Shown here: piece after piece, positions 47,306 through 56,885 of the stretch
Numbering within the stretch: position 1 is the stretch's first letter
How the letters are laid out: every line of letters begins with the position of its first letter
Virus record (IMG/VR): IMGVR_UViG_3300044712_002657
DNA length: 64,000 nt
DNA from: an uncultured virus (IMG/VR IMGVR_UViG_3300044712_002657)
Lineage: Duplodnaviria > Heunggongvirae > Uroviricota > Caudoviricetes
Reading direction: 5' to 3' (one strand)
Notes under the pieces: generated by a model
Database searches by the model: none
Told to the model about the DNA's origin: nothing
The model's input: only the letters and a program-made list of their open reading frames with translations
Position numbers and translations under genes: made by a program

Positions 47306-47724
47306 TATGCAGCCTCCGCTAATCCTTTAGCCCCTTCGCCAGCCAGTAGCTTTCCAGCGATCCGGTCCCAATCGTTATTCCCGCCATAGAACACAGCCTT
47401 GTTGTCGATATAAACCAAGCCGTGCGGCTTTCCATCTTTACCGTCGTCCAAACGGTCAAACGGGATATCGTTCTCTTTCAAAAATGCGAGAACCCCTTCT
47501 CGTTGGACTTCCGATTCCTTGGCGGTATGTTCGTACTTGCCCGTCCGACAAGAGAAAACAACGATCTCGAAGCCAGCCTCTTTAAGCTTTTTGAAGGCTT
47601 GGCTAACACCTGGCATCGGCTTGCCGAAACCCGGATAATCGTCGACAGCAATCGTACCGTCGAAATCTACGACAATAGTCTTCTGCTTTTCTTTTCTCTT
47701 GGCGAAAACGTTGCTATACCACAT
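47305..47724 (-). CDS. HAD-superfamily phosphatase-like protein with MWYS leader
   Basis: VDFDGTI, VFSCR, GKP and YIDNKA. Confidence 0.75.
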   Translation of the reverse strand: MWYSNVFAKRKEKQKTIVVDFDGTIAVDDYPGFGKPMPGVSQAFKKLKEAGFEIVVFSCRTGKYEHTAKESEVQREGVLAFLKENDIPFDRLDDGKDGKPHGLVYIDNKAVFYGGNNDWDRIAGKLLAGEGAKGLAEAA

Positions 47725-47726
47725 GA

Positions 47727-48221
47727 TTACTCCGTATCTGGTTCAACGGAGTCTTTATCTTCCTCGTCTTCTTCGCCTTCGCTCCATTCCAAGCCGCAGA
47801 CCTGACAGACGTAGTTTTCATTACCAACGTCCTTCATGTCATGACCTGGACAGAAATCGAACGCCCAATCCGGTTTGCCGTGCCCGCGCAGGAAGTTCAA
47901 GGCAGACTCTAACTCAAAGTCGCCTGAATCTTCGTCGTCAATTCCGCGCGTGCGTTTGTAGGCGACAAGATCGTCTTGAAGTTCGTTTTCGTCGATGTAT
48001 TCTTCGAATGCCATCCAGAAGCCACGTTCATCGCCTGCAAAGAAGCCGGGACCGCTGGGCATGCCATCGGACTCTTCTTCTTGTTCTGACGAATCAGTTT
48101 CGGCGTCTGTATCGACTCCGCCCTCGGGCTGAACGTTTTCGTCAGCGATAGGGACGGGGGATTCCGCCGTGTCTTCTTGTTGGGCCAGTGCTCGTTTCTT
48201 GCGCAAGTTAAAAGTGCTCAT
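47727..48221 (-). CDS. Acidic hypothetical protein with FNLRKK..AQ leader
   Basis: GGGAGG SD; C.GH..CQVC motif; follows a putative late promoter. Confidence 0.7.
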   Translation of the reverse strand: MSTFNLRKKRALAQQEDTAESPVPIADENVQPEGGVDTDAETDSSEQEEESDGMPSGPGFFAGDERGFWMAFEEYIDENELQDDLVAYKRTRGIDDEDSGDFELESALNFLRGHGKPDWAFDFCPGHDMKDVGNENYVCQVCGLEWSEGEEDEEDKDSVEPDTE

Positions 48222-48250
48222 GTAAGCCTCCCGTCTGTACAGTATACACC

Positions 48251-48276
48251 TTCGATGAAAGAGATGCAAGTCCCTT
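48251..48276 (-). promoter_or_regulatory. Putative late promoter AAGG-N19-GAA
   Basis: Recurring motif with exact spacing. Confidence 0.7.
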
Positions 48277-49310
48277 TAGTTAGTGCGTTTACACTTGGGA
48301 TTAGGAGAATTCGAAAGACTCGTTGGACGAGTACTCATTGGAAACATGATGTCCAGCAGACCCATTCGCAGCGCCGCCTTGTACGCAGCCGGATACATAC
48401 TCTTAAAGCCACCTCTAAAGAGATCCGGATGGTTCATTCTAAAGTTTTGGGTCAGCGCGAGTATGTCTTGTTTTGAGAAGCTCATAGGTTTTTTTCTTAT
48501 CATGTGCTTCGTCGCTACGTCCAGTATTTTCCTTTTGAAAGCTAGTTGATACCACTTTGACGCAAATTTAACGAAATCGGACAGTACATTAAACTTCTTA
48601 GCTTCGTCCAGTATCTGCTGGTCGGTTACGTTAATATTGAAAATTCGTATGGGAGACAAAACATCTAGTCGCTTGAGCTTTGCCAAGACGCGGTACTCTG
48701 ACATAAATTTCTTTTGAAAATCCGGAATAGAGACACATTTTGCAACGTGTTTCTTTATCAACTCAATGTCATAAAGTTGAAATATTTTATCGTAGTTAAC
48801 CCTGACGGCGTCTACGTCTATCTCAGAAATCCTTCTGGCCGCTTCAGGAAGTATGTGTAAGTTCTCTTTAATTTGCCCTTTGATATCCTCTTCGTAGTTT
48901 CGCGACCTTTCTACTATTTTTAATAAAGTAATGTTCTTTCTCTTACACGCTTGAATTTTCTCTTCATCTCTTTTAGCCGCGTCGGAACCATGCCATCTTT
49001 TCCCGCAATATTCTACTGCAAAGTTGATGTTTTTGTAAAATACGTCTAATTCCAATGGCTTGATCGTTTGCCTATCATTGTACTTTCCGCTCTCATTTAA
49101 CAGAACATCGAAAATCTGTTTTGTAATTAGTTGCGGAATTGAAAAAGCCAACGGTACCATATGTTGACATACTTCTTCTAGAAAGCCGCGTCGCCTTGCA
49201 GTCTGATACGCGGAACAGTCCTTTCGAATGAACTCAGACCTACTGCGATAGTTTTTCGCTATCTCGTACAACAACTCGCGTGTAAGGTGGCGACCGACAG
49301 TATATCCCAT
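48276..49310 (-). CDS. Putative homing endonuclease (Vsr/EDxHD-like core plus short helical repeats)
   Basis: ELDVF..FAVEYCG..WH..RDEEK..C..NITLL core; repeats A..Y.SRSEF..AY..A..G.L...HM; visibly AT-rich. Confidence 0.7.
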   Translation of the reverse strand: MGYTVGRHLTRELLYEIAKNYRSRSEFIRKDCSAYQTARRRGFLEEVCQHMVPLAFSIPQLITKQIFDVLLNESGKYNDRQTIKPLELDVFYKNINFAVEYCGKRWHGSDAAKRDEEKIQACKRKNITLLKIVERSRNYEEDIKGQIKENLHILPEAARRISEIDVDAVRVNYDKIFQLYDIELIKKHVAKCVSIPDFQKKFMSEYRVLAKLKRLDVLSPIRIFNINVTDQQILDEAKKFNVLSDFVKFASKWYQLAFKRKILDVATKHMIRKKPMSFSKQDILALTQNFRMNHPDLFRGGFKSMYPAAYKAALRMGLLDIMFPMSTRPTSLSNSPNPKCKRTN

Positions 49311-49357
49311 AAGGATTCCTCCAGTCCGATATTCGACACGGACATGGAGCAATCCTT
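49311..49357 (-). promoter_or_regulatory. Late promoter embedded in an SD-sequestering hairpin
   Basis: AAGGATT-G-CTCCA-T-GTCCG...CGGAC-TGGAG-G-AATCCTT-ATG; the AAGG-N19-GAATA motif lies in the 5' arm. Confidence 0.85.
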
Positions 49358-49387
49358 TCTCTTATTCGTTTTATAGAAATCCTGCTT

Positions 49388-50104
49388 CTATTGCGCGTAT
49401 CGTTTGATAATTTCGGCAATAAGCGGATGTCTTACGATATCCCGATCAGACATCTCGACAAAAGCAATACCTGGGATGTTTTGTAGTCTTTGAATAGCGT
49501 CGTAGAGACCGCTTTCCCCACGGACGTCGCTTTGCGCAATATCTCCATTGACTACAAGTTTGGAACCTTTACCTAGACGCGTAAGTACCATTACCATCTG
49601 TTTTGGACTAAGGTTTTGCGCCTCGTCGACTATCACAAACGATTTGTTCAAACTGCGCCCACGAGCATACGCCAATGGAACTATCTCCAGCTTTTGTTCC
49701 CAAACTAGATTTTTAATTTGTGTCTTATCTATGAAAACTTCCATATTGTCGAATATGGGAGCAGCCCAAGGCTGCATCTTGTCCGATAGGGTTCCGGGCA
49801 GGAAACCGATTTTTTCTTCACACGCCTCTTTGGCTGGTCTCATTACAACAAGTTTATCATACGCGGGATTTGCAACACACATCTGTTCCAAAGCGCATCC
49901 GACAGCGACAGCAGTCTTGCCGGTTCCTGCCGGACCGTAGCAGAAAACGATGTCGTTGTTCTTGATCTGAATAATGTATTCCTTCTGCCCTGGAGTTTGC
50001 GCACTGACTACGACAGTCTTTCGGAAACGGTCAACCTTCTTTTCCTTCCCGCCGCCGTTTTCCTCCTGTTGCAGTCCCATCATGCGTTTCTTTTTCTTAC
50101 TCAA
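49388..50104 (-). CDS. phoH: PhoH-like ATPase
   Basis: GPAGTGKT, RPA, IGFLPG, ARGRSL, DEAQN, TRLG, GD..QSD, IVRHPL. Confidence 0.95.
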   Translation of the reverse strand: MSKKKKRMMGLQQEENGGGKEKKVDRFRKTVVVSAQTPGQKEYIIQIKNNDIVFCYGPAGTGKTAVAVGCALEQMCVANPAYDKLVVMRPAKEACEEKIGFLPGTLSDKMQPWAAPIFDNMEVFIDKTQIKNLVWEQKLEIVPLAYARGRSLNKSFVIVDEAQNLSPKQMVMVLTRLGKGSKLVVNGDIAQSDVRGESGLYDAIQRLQNIPGIAFVEMSDRDIVRHPLIAEIIKRYAQ

Positions 50105-50113
50105 GCGTGCCTC

Positions 50114-50347
50114 CTATCTACGGACAACATGAATATAAGGCGTTAACTCATAAGGAATTGAGTAATACTCAGCCTCGGAAATGATGGCGAAGCCGCCATC
50201 CTCGATCATTGGCGCAAGCCAATCCGGTACAAATGACGCGATGTCTGCTGGCGGATCTTTTTGGTCGATCAGGGGAGAGGGGTCTGGCTCTTTACCGTAA
50301 GACTGGAAAACGGCACGTCTCAATTCATCATCGATTTTAAGCAGCAA
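50114..50347 (-). CDS. Small hypothetical protein
   Basis: TTG start with a GGAGG SD located inside a hairpin. Confidence 0.6.
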   Translation of the reverse strand: MLLKIDDELRRAVFQSYGKEPDPSPLIDQKDPPADIASFVPDWLAPMIEDGGFAIISEAEYYSIPYELTPYIHVVRR

Positions 50348-50425
50348 TGAAAATCCTCCGGACTGCTATTAACAGTTTTATACCGGAGGATTGGGTATTC
50401 CTGCGAGAAAAGTGGATGTTTATGC

Positions 50426-51172
50426 TTATACGCCTGCTGGAGCACCTGGAGCGGCAGCCGGAGCAGCGGCAGGAGCGCCTGCGGCAGCCGGAGCAGCACC
50501 TGGCTGTGAAACAATACCAGGAGCTTGCTGTTGCTGTGCATTCTGTTGCGGGAGGACAATTTGACCGAGTTGCGCCTTCAGCATCGTAAGGGCTTGGTTG
50601 ATGATTGGCATAGCTTTCATCGCTGCCGGATTGCTTTTCGTGAATTGGGTCAGGTTCTGAACGGCCTTTTCCAGTTCCGAGACAGCACCGTCCGCCGAGC
50701 GTTTCGCGGCGTTGAACTGCATGGACTGACCAGCGTTCTGCATCGTTTGAGGCATGTTCTTGATTGCCTGCCCCGCTTGCTGAGCCTTGTCTTTCATCCA
50801 ATTTGCAGCGTTGCCGATTCCCTGTCCAGCTTGACCCGCAGCCTGTCCAGCATTGCCGACGCCTTTACCAAGCCACTGCATCGGCTTGTTCCAAATGTCA
50901 CTGAACTGGAAAGCTTCCTTTTGTAGCGCGTCTTGCGAGCCGTCGCCGATCTTGACGCCGCTGGCAGCTACCTTTTGAAGCAGTCCGACGACGTCGGCTT
51001 CTTCGACCTGACCGACTGACGCGGCTTTTTGGAGGGTTTCCTGAACCTGTGGCTTGATTTCTTCCCAGGTCTTGCCCTTGGTCTCAAATTCCGCGACAAC
51101 TTGCCTTGCAGCGAGCTTGGCCAAAGTCTGCTCGAAAATGGAACCAACGCCACGACTTGATCTGATCTGCAT
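50426..51172 (-). CDS. Ala/Gln/Gly-rich probable internal head protein
   Basis: AAGGGAG SD; three LQKxA motifs; capsid-like codon usage; PAAAP tail. Confidence 0.6.
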   Translation of the reverse strand: MQIRSSRGVGSIFEQTLAKLAARQVVAEFETKGKTWEEIKPQVQETLQKAASVGQVEEADVVGLLQKVAASGVKIGDGSQDALQKEAFQFSDIWNKPMQWLGKGVGNAGQAAGQAGQGIGNAANWMKDKAQQAGQAIKNMPQTMQNAGQSMQFNAAKRSADGAVSELEKAVQNLTQFTKSNPAAMKAMPIINQALTMLKAQLGQIVLPQQNAQQQQAPGIVSQPGAAPAAAGAPAAAPAAAPGAPAGV

Positions 51173-51251
51173 GATAATCTCCCTTAATCTCTCGCAAATT
51201 ACGACACGAATATGTATTGGGCGAGGCGGATTGCCTTCCCTTGCACAAATT

Positions 51252-52229
51252 TTACGAAACGTTTGACGAGAACAAATACCTGAACCATCGCGATCTTCCG
51301 CCAGGAAGTGCGTATTCTGGCTGGACGACTGCGTATGTCGCCGGATAGCGCGCCCTTTTGACCTGTTTCTTGTCGCGCTCAAACTGCTTCTCAGCGTTTT
51401 CCTTGATCGTCTTGGCGTTATCCATCGCAAACTTCAAACGGTCCATGTCGCCAAAGACCGTTGCTGGCTCTTGGAACATAGTGCTGATGATGATTTGCAT
51501 CATGGCATTCTTGATGGCACCCTGCATCAGAGTTCCGACGTATGGGTCAGGAACCGTCTCAAGGGTAAACGTAGTTCCTGGGGCTTCGATGTTCATCTGA
51601 CTCAAGGCGTCGTTCAGAAATCGCAACATCTCGTTATCTGTAAACCATTTGAAGTTGTAGCTGGCACTAACCTTGTCGGTTTCGTGTTGCGCTTTCTCGA
51701 ACGTAATCAGTCCGGTACTGTAGTCCAAAGTGTATCCCGACGAAATGACGTTGCCGTTCCTTCGGACCTGTGCTCCAAGGTTCCAGCGTGGCCAAGTAAA
51801 GAAGAACTGTCTCTTGGTCTCATCTCTTGTCGCCACCTGGTTCTTGACAGTAATACGATTAGCTGAACCGATATAAGAGTTCAGTGCGTCAATCATGCCA
51901 ATTTCGCGTTGCGTCGCGCTAACTGCGGTTCCCGTACCGGCGCCGACAACCGTAACATAGGTCGTCATTGCGTTCGGGATGCCCTGTACCGTTCCAGTAA
52001 TGAGTGCCGTATACGTATTTACCGGAAGACTGTTGGGAATTGCCCAATCAAAAAAGTAAAAGCCAGTATACAGCTTCGACATTGGAGAGGGCGTAACAAT
52101 AGGCGTACCGCCCGTTCCGAAGACTGAAAACGTCGCGTCAGGAACATCAACGTTCATGCCAACGGTATTGGTAAAGGTCGCCGTCAACGTCGCAGTCTGA
52201 CCCTGAGCATAGGTAAGCGTTTCAGCCAT
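51252..52229 (-). CDS. Probable virion protein (Ig-like N-terminal domain; head-completion-like C-terminus)
   Basis: TGFYFFDW.IP, YTLDYSTGLITF, ASYNFKWFTD; follows a putative late promoter. Confidence 0.55.
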   Translation of the reverse strand: MAETLTYAQGQTATLTATFTNTVGMNVDVPDATFSVFGTGGTPIVTPSPMSKLYTGFYFFDWAIPNSLPVNTYTALITGTVQGIPNAMTTYVTVVGAGTGTAVSATQREIGMIDALNSYIGSANRITVKNQVATRDETKRQFFFTWPRWNLGAQVRRNGNVISSGYTLDYSTGLITFEKAQHETDKVSASYNFKWFTDNEMLRFLNDALSQMNIEAPGTTFTLETVPDPYVGTLMQGAIKNAMMQIIISTMFQEPATVFGDMDRLKFAMDNAKTIKENAEKQFERDKKQVKRARYPATYAVVQPEYALPGGRSRWFRYLFSSNVS

Positions 52230-52252
52230 TACGAGTTCCTCCGTCTATAGTT

Positions 52253-52278
52253 TTCAAGACAGAGGGCTGAGGTTCCTT
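52253..52278 (-). promoter_or_regulatory. Putative late promoter AAGG-N19-GAA with anti-SD spacer
   Basis: Spacer CCTCTGTCT pairs with downstream AGACGGAGG. Confidence 0.75.
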
Positions 52279-54113
52279 TACGTGTAGATCACGTCGGCGT
52301 ATGCGGGAGGGTTCAGCCTGCCTATCGGAAACTGATAGGTGCAAATCTTTCGCCACGACCTAGACTTCATTGTAGATACGGGAATCAACTTATTCCCCAT
52401 TACACTCAAACCATTGGCGGGTTTCCGCCTGACGTTATCGAAGACGGGAATGTCCGAATAGAAAGTACGGTCCGCGTCGGTTCGAGCACTCTTCCTGCGG
52501 CGTGTTAATAGGCATCTATTCTCAAGTTCAGGACCAACGACTTCTCCAATTGAAGAGTCCTCAACAAAAGTTATGATTCCATCCTGTTCGACTGCCCGCC
52601 CCGGAACGTAAGTCTTAAAAATTTCAAAAACGTAATCGTCGTATCTGTCATCGATGACCTTCAACAGGTCATCGCCTGAGCACTTAAGTTCCATGGTATC
52701 CTTGACAAACATGATGAAGTCATGGTCGCCTTCTATAAGCAACGATGTAGTAAGTAGCGCCGACTCCATTTCGTCGGCAGCAACCATATGGTCAGGAAAC
52801 AGATCCTTGAAAGAACTGTCTCGGCACGTCAAATAGACGTCGCTTGATATCTTAAGGTACCGCTCTACCGCCTTCTTGGCTACATCCTTATCTGCTCCGC
52901 AGTTTATAACAATAGCAATCTTATTGGGCACCGCGTTCTCCATTCTGGATACGTTTGGGGTCTCGGAAGGCATCTCGCTAAATACAGCCTCAAACTTGTC
53001 GCATACCTTTTCAGACGCGTACTGCTCGACAACTCGTTGCCTGCCCGCCAGCCCGATCTTGGAAAGGATCTTGGAACCTTTCTTCCATTCCGAGTAAGCC
53101 CATTCGAGCTTTTCCGCGAAGTCCGAGACGCTTCTTTGACTATATACCCCACTCTCGCCGGCGACCTCTCTTAAAACAGCATTGTCGGGGCAAATGACTG
53201 GAAGTCCGCAAGACATAGCTTCAGCTATTCCCAAACCAAAGCCTTCGCAAGCAGTAGTCGTTAAGAAAACGTCGGCGACTTGATAAAGCTTTGCGAGAAC
53301 GTGTTCCTTAAAGAAGTAGTCGCGGAACAACACCTTTTCCGAGATACCTAATTGCGTCGCCAGCTTTTCCAAATCAATGCCGCGTCCAGTCATGGAATCA
53401 TACATCAAATGATCGCGAGGATTGCATTTTGCGATCAAATGGACATCATCTTTGTTTTTAGCGAACTTGGCAAAGGCTTGAAAGGTCAAGTCCCACCGTT
53501 TTCTCGGTTGATGCCTGTCGACTCGAAGGACTACGAATTTCTTCTCAAACCCCTGTCTTGATTCCAACTTCGCTGAGTGTTTATGGTCTGCTGGACAGAA
53601 GACGTCATCTATCGCATGTGGGATAACGACAGAATCTACGTCCGGATTCAAGCTTCGCGAATATTCGCTAGTAAAGATGGTCTTCCGGACGTGTTGAAAC
53701 ACCTTTTGGGTCGCCTGCTTGTCCGGACCATGACCTTCGTCCGGAATATAGGCGGCAGATATGTCTAGAACCTTCTTTGGTAAATCGGCAACATAGAAGA
53801 GTCGATGCGCGTCGTTATAGAACAACATCGCGTCAGGCTTAACTTCCTCGTATGCTCTTATGACAGTATCGGAATTACCGTAGATCAAAGAATGGTCGGC
53901 TTCGAGCGCGTAGTTCGGGACGATCTTAATGCCGTTCCACTCGGTCTTGTTCGTGGCGCGGCAATTGTTAAATGCCATCGCATAGACGTCCCAACCGCGA
54001 GACATGAGTCCCTTTGCAAGCAGCCGAGATTGGCTTGCGAATCCTGTTTGTATGGATGGGTTGTCGCTAAGGATTAAGAGCCTTGTTCTGCGCTTCCGTC
54101 GTAGTTGATCCAT
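52278..54113 (-). CDS. GT4 glycosyltransferase with C-terminal extra domain
   Basis: SDNP..TGFA, RHQPRK, YQVAD..EGFGLGIAEAMSCGLP. Exact start uncertain. Confidence 0.88.
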   Translation of the reverse strand: MDQLRRKRRTRLLILSDNPSIQTGFASQSRLLAKGLMSRGWDVYAMAFNNCRATNKTEWNGIKIVPNYALEADHSLIYGNSDTVIRAYEEVKPDAMLFYNDAHRLFYVADLPKKVLDISAAYIPDEGHGPDKQATQKVFQHVRKTIFTSEYSRSLNPDVDSVVIPHAIDDVFCPADHKHSAKLESRQGFEKKFVVLRVDRHQPRKRWDLTFQAFAKFAKNKDDVHLIAKCNPRDHLMYDSMTGRGIDLEKLATQLGISEKVLFRDYFFKEHVLAKLYQVADVFLTTTACEGFGLGIAEAMSCGLPVICPDNAVLREVAGESGVYSQRSVSDFAEKLEWAYSEWKKGSKILSKIGLAGRQRVVEQYASEKVCDKFEAVFSEMPSETPNVSRMENAVPNKIAIVINCGADKDVAKKAVERYLKISSDVYLTCRDSSFKDLFPDHMVAADEMESALLTTSLLIEGDHDFIMFVKDTMELKCSGDDLLKVIDDRYDDYVFEIFKTYVPGRAVEQDGIITFVEDSSIGEVVGPELENRCLLTRRRKSARTDADRTFYSDIPVFDNVRRKPANGLSVMGNKLIPVSTMKSRSWRKICTYQFPIGRLNPPAYADVIYT

Positions 54114-54439
54114 TCCGCGAATTCTTCAGTATTGCACCAACCAGCACCATTGCACAGGGGACACGCATCGTATCCCTCTCTGATATCAGCATTGCATTGA
54201 CATTTCTTCAAAACACCCTTTGTCTGGAGCTTCGTGAAGAGATCGATCATGGCTTGATAGTACTCGTCCATGACGACCTTACGGAAGTACTTGAATTCGG
54301 AACTGTTCCTGTTCCCGATACGGAACTCACCCATGTTCAGGATGTTCTTCATTCCGGTAATTTCTCTCAGGAAGATAGCTTTCGCGACTTGTCCGTCTTC
54401 GAGAAGCTCTGGTCCCTTTGGCTTTCTGATCTCGTTCAT
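54074..54439 (-). CDS. Hypothetical protein with C-terminal Cys cluster
   Basis: CQC..CPLCNGAGWC; AGGAG SD. Confidence 0.65.
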   Translation of the reverse strand: MNEIRKPKGPELLEDGQVAKAIFLREITGMKNILNMGEFRIGNRNSSEFKYFRKVVMDEYYQAMIDLFTKLQTKGVLKKCQCNADIREGYDACPLCNGAGWCNTEEFAEWINYDGSAEQGS

Positions 54440-54441
54440 TG

Positions 54442-55341
54442 CTATCTCCTGATCTTAACACGGCTCAAGGGCTGTCCTGTCGCCGACGTCGCCCTGGGTC
54501 TGGATTCAAGTTGGCGTCGCGGTGCCGGAGATTGTCCATCGTCTGCTGCTCCGGTCATGCGCAGCATTTGGTCCATAGTAAGCTGCCCTGTACTTGTAAT
54601 GTCCTCAGGCTCCTTACCATCGTCCTCGATCTTGATTTCTTCGACGTCGTCAACGGAGACCGCCCCGCGACGAACTCCCTCGGCATAACGTTCCGCAGAA
54701 CCAGAAGTCCCGTCAGACACGATTTCCAATGTCGTCTTCGAGTCCTCTTCCGCCTTTTGGTCCGCCAACTGTTGTAATTTCGCCGCTTCGACAGGCGTAC
54801 ACGGAACGAGAATATTGTCACGCATCAACTGTTGGAGAATGACAGAATTCTCAACAGCCTCTTTGTCCAAAAGGGCAAGGTTAATCGCAGTATTAGGCGC
54901 GATCGCCAAGGCTCGTTTCAGGGTCTTGTCGCCTCGAATACCCTCCCCAACGTAGAGATCGTCGATAATGATGTGCGTCTTCGCCGCCGACCTCAAATAC
55001 GAGGATCTCTGAGCCGGAGCGGGAACTTGCCTTTGAGGTGCCCTTTGCGTAACTGGTTTGCGAACTTGCGGGGCTTCGACTTCAGCTTCTGCCTCGGCTT
55101 GGGGTCCGACCTCTCCGCTTTGGATGCCTTCGATAAACTGCTCAAACTTCTCTTTCGGCAACGGACTAACCTTGTCAACGACGTATACATCAGCCTCCGC
55201 AAACAGCCGCTCAAAGAACCTTTTGTTATGTTCAAGCTGAAGATCGGAATACTTGACAACCTTGAGCGTATTGCCGATGGCAACCTTGACGGTTTGTTCG
55301 GGATCGTCGATAAACACTACCGCATTCTTACCCATGTTCAA
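54442..55341 (-). CDS. Hypothetical protein
   Basis: 299 aa, GGAG SD. Confidence 0.7.
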   Translation of the reverse strand: MNMGKNAVVFIDDPEQTVKVAIGNTLKVVKYSDLQLEHNKRFFERLFAEADVYVVDKVSPLPKEKFEQFIEGIQSGEVGPQAEAEAEVEAPQVRKPVTQRAPQRQVPAPAQRSSYLRSAAKTHIIIDDLYVGEGIRGDKTLKRALAIAPNTAINLALLDKEAVENSVILQQLMRDNILVPCTPVEAAKLQQLADQKAEEDSKTTLEIVSDGTSGSAERYAEGVRRGAVSVDDVEEIKIEDDGKEPEDITSTGQLTMDQMLRMTGAADDGQSPAPRRQLESRPRATSATGQPLSRVKIRR

Positions 55342-55348
55342 TCTCCAT

Positions 55349-56830
55349 TCATTTCTTTGTCAGTACTTCGTAAGTCGCCTTCAACTTCTCTTGCATTTTA
55401 ACGATACAATTCGACCAGGTATACTCACTCACAACCCTGTCGTGTAACTTATTGGCTTTTTCTTGTGCTTCTTCCTTCTGTTCAAAGACGCGGCGCATGA
55501 AATACCTTGTCTGCTCTACAGCCTTATCGCCGAAGATAGGGAATTCCGCGTCCTTGTAGTAGTAGCTGATGTTTGACAAGGACCCTTCTTCCTTGGTAAA
55601 ACCGTCTACGTCTACAAGGTAAGAGTTGTCGTCATCAAGGAAGTCGGTTTGTCCGGAGTAGCGAGAGGCAATAACAGGAAGACCGCACGCCGCCGCCTCG
55701 CAGAACGGCAAGCCGAAACCCTCGCCTCGGCTGATAAGGACATAGCAATCGCAAGAGGCGTAGAGTCTTGGGAGCATGTTCTCTGACATTACGTCGCCAA
55801 ACAAAATGATTTGCGGCTTCTTCGGGTTCCTGACCGTAGCACTTACGCGGGCGATGTCATCCCTGATGACCTTCTTCTTGCTTTCGTCCGCCGAGCCCCA
55901 AAAGCGGCTAGAAATCAAAAGCGTCACAGGATCGTCCGAAGTAAACTCTTCCAAATACGACTTCAAAAGTACGTCGTATCCCTTGCGCATAGACCAGCCG
56001 AAAACCGACAAAAAGATGAACGGATTCAGTTTTTTAGTAAACGCGAGCGGCTCTGCGTCCTTTTTGTAGATCGTCGTATCAACGCCTAGCGGGACTACAG
56101 AAATCGGTCTACGGATGCCCGACTCAAGGAACATCTGTTTGCACCATTTGGAAGGCACGATAATCTCGTCCGCACAATTACAAAGCTCGGCATACCTTTC
56201 GTGGAGCCTGCGCGTCTCCATCATTGTAAAAAGCGCCTTGTATCGTGCCCAATCATAATGCGTTGGGGCAACCGACCCGTAGACCTTCGGGGCGTCTTTC
56301 GGGACTAGCGTAAGTGTAAGTTTTCTCAACTCCATAGCTACGGAAGGATCGATATCCCCCGTCGCCTGCAACGGCTCGTATTGCAGATTGACTCCAGCCT
56401 CGGCAAGACCGAGCATGAACTTTCGATTCATTTTGGCATAACCGCCAGCTTCGGCACCAGGACCTGTCCAGACAACAGATATCTGTCCCTCTGTTTTGTA
56501 TTTCTCGATGGCAGATCCGCCGTATGGGAGCTTTTTGGGTATTGCTTGCGCCGTCTTGACTACCCCTGTATTCAATAACGTCGGAAGCGCCTTGTCAGCC
56601 AACATTGACTGTGTCTGTACAAAAGGCGATTCAGGGTCAAGATCAATCTTCGTTGCCAGCGGGTCTTTTGACGAAACCAAACTCCGCTTTTTCAGTGCGA
56701 TCCTGAGCATTAAAGACCTTTTCGCGACCTCGTCAGGAATCTCAATGGGCTTCTTCTCGGGGTCGTACAAAATGGTAATGTTCGCGTCTTCCAGAAAGAC
56801 CGTATTCTTGGATACATTGACAACGTACAT
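55349..56830 (-). CDS. GT4 glycosyltransferase with N-terminal extra domain
   Basis: GGYA, TMMET, RKG.D.L, SRGEGFGLPFCEAAACGLP; GAGGAGG SD. Confidence 0.9.
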   Translation of the reverse strand: MYVVNVSKNTVFLEDANITILYDPEKKPIEIPDEVAKRSLMLRIALKKRSLVSSKDPLATKIDLDPESPFVQTQSMLADKALPTLLNTGVVKTAQAIPKKLPYGGSAIEKYKTEGQISVVWTGPGAEAGGYAKMNRKFMLGLAEAGVNLQYEPLQATGDIDPSVAMELRKLTLTLVPKDAPKVYGSVAPTHYDWARYKALFTMMETRRLHERYAELCNCADEIIVPSKWCKQMFLESGIRRPISVVPLGVDTTIYKKDAEPLAFTKKLNPFIFLSVFGWSMRKGYDVLLKSYLEEFTSDDPVTLLISSRFWGSADESKKKVIRDDIARVSATVRNPKKPQIILFGDVMSENMLPRLYASCDCYVLISRGEGFGLPFCEAAACGLPVIASRYSGQTDFLDDDNSYLVDVDGFTKEEGSLSNISYYYKDAEFPIFGDKAVEQTRYFMRRVFEQKEEAQEKANKLHDRVVSEYTWSNCIVKMQEKLKATYEVLTKK

Positions 56831-56885
56831 ATTTCACCTCCTCGGGGGGACACTCCTATTATACACAGTGTTGTATTATGACGGC

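Noticed and set aside
50426..50510. Short GC-rich tandem repeats (GCAGCCGGAGCAGC), also near 1000-1150
   Set aside because: Explained by Pro/Ala/Gly low-complexity coding sequence, not an independent DNA element.
56496..56885. Extended ORF-track starts (56496, 8284, 13342, 51430, 6185, 20972)
   Set aside because: They overlap neighbouring genes or terminators; downstream starts have SD or promoter support.
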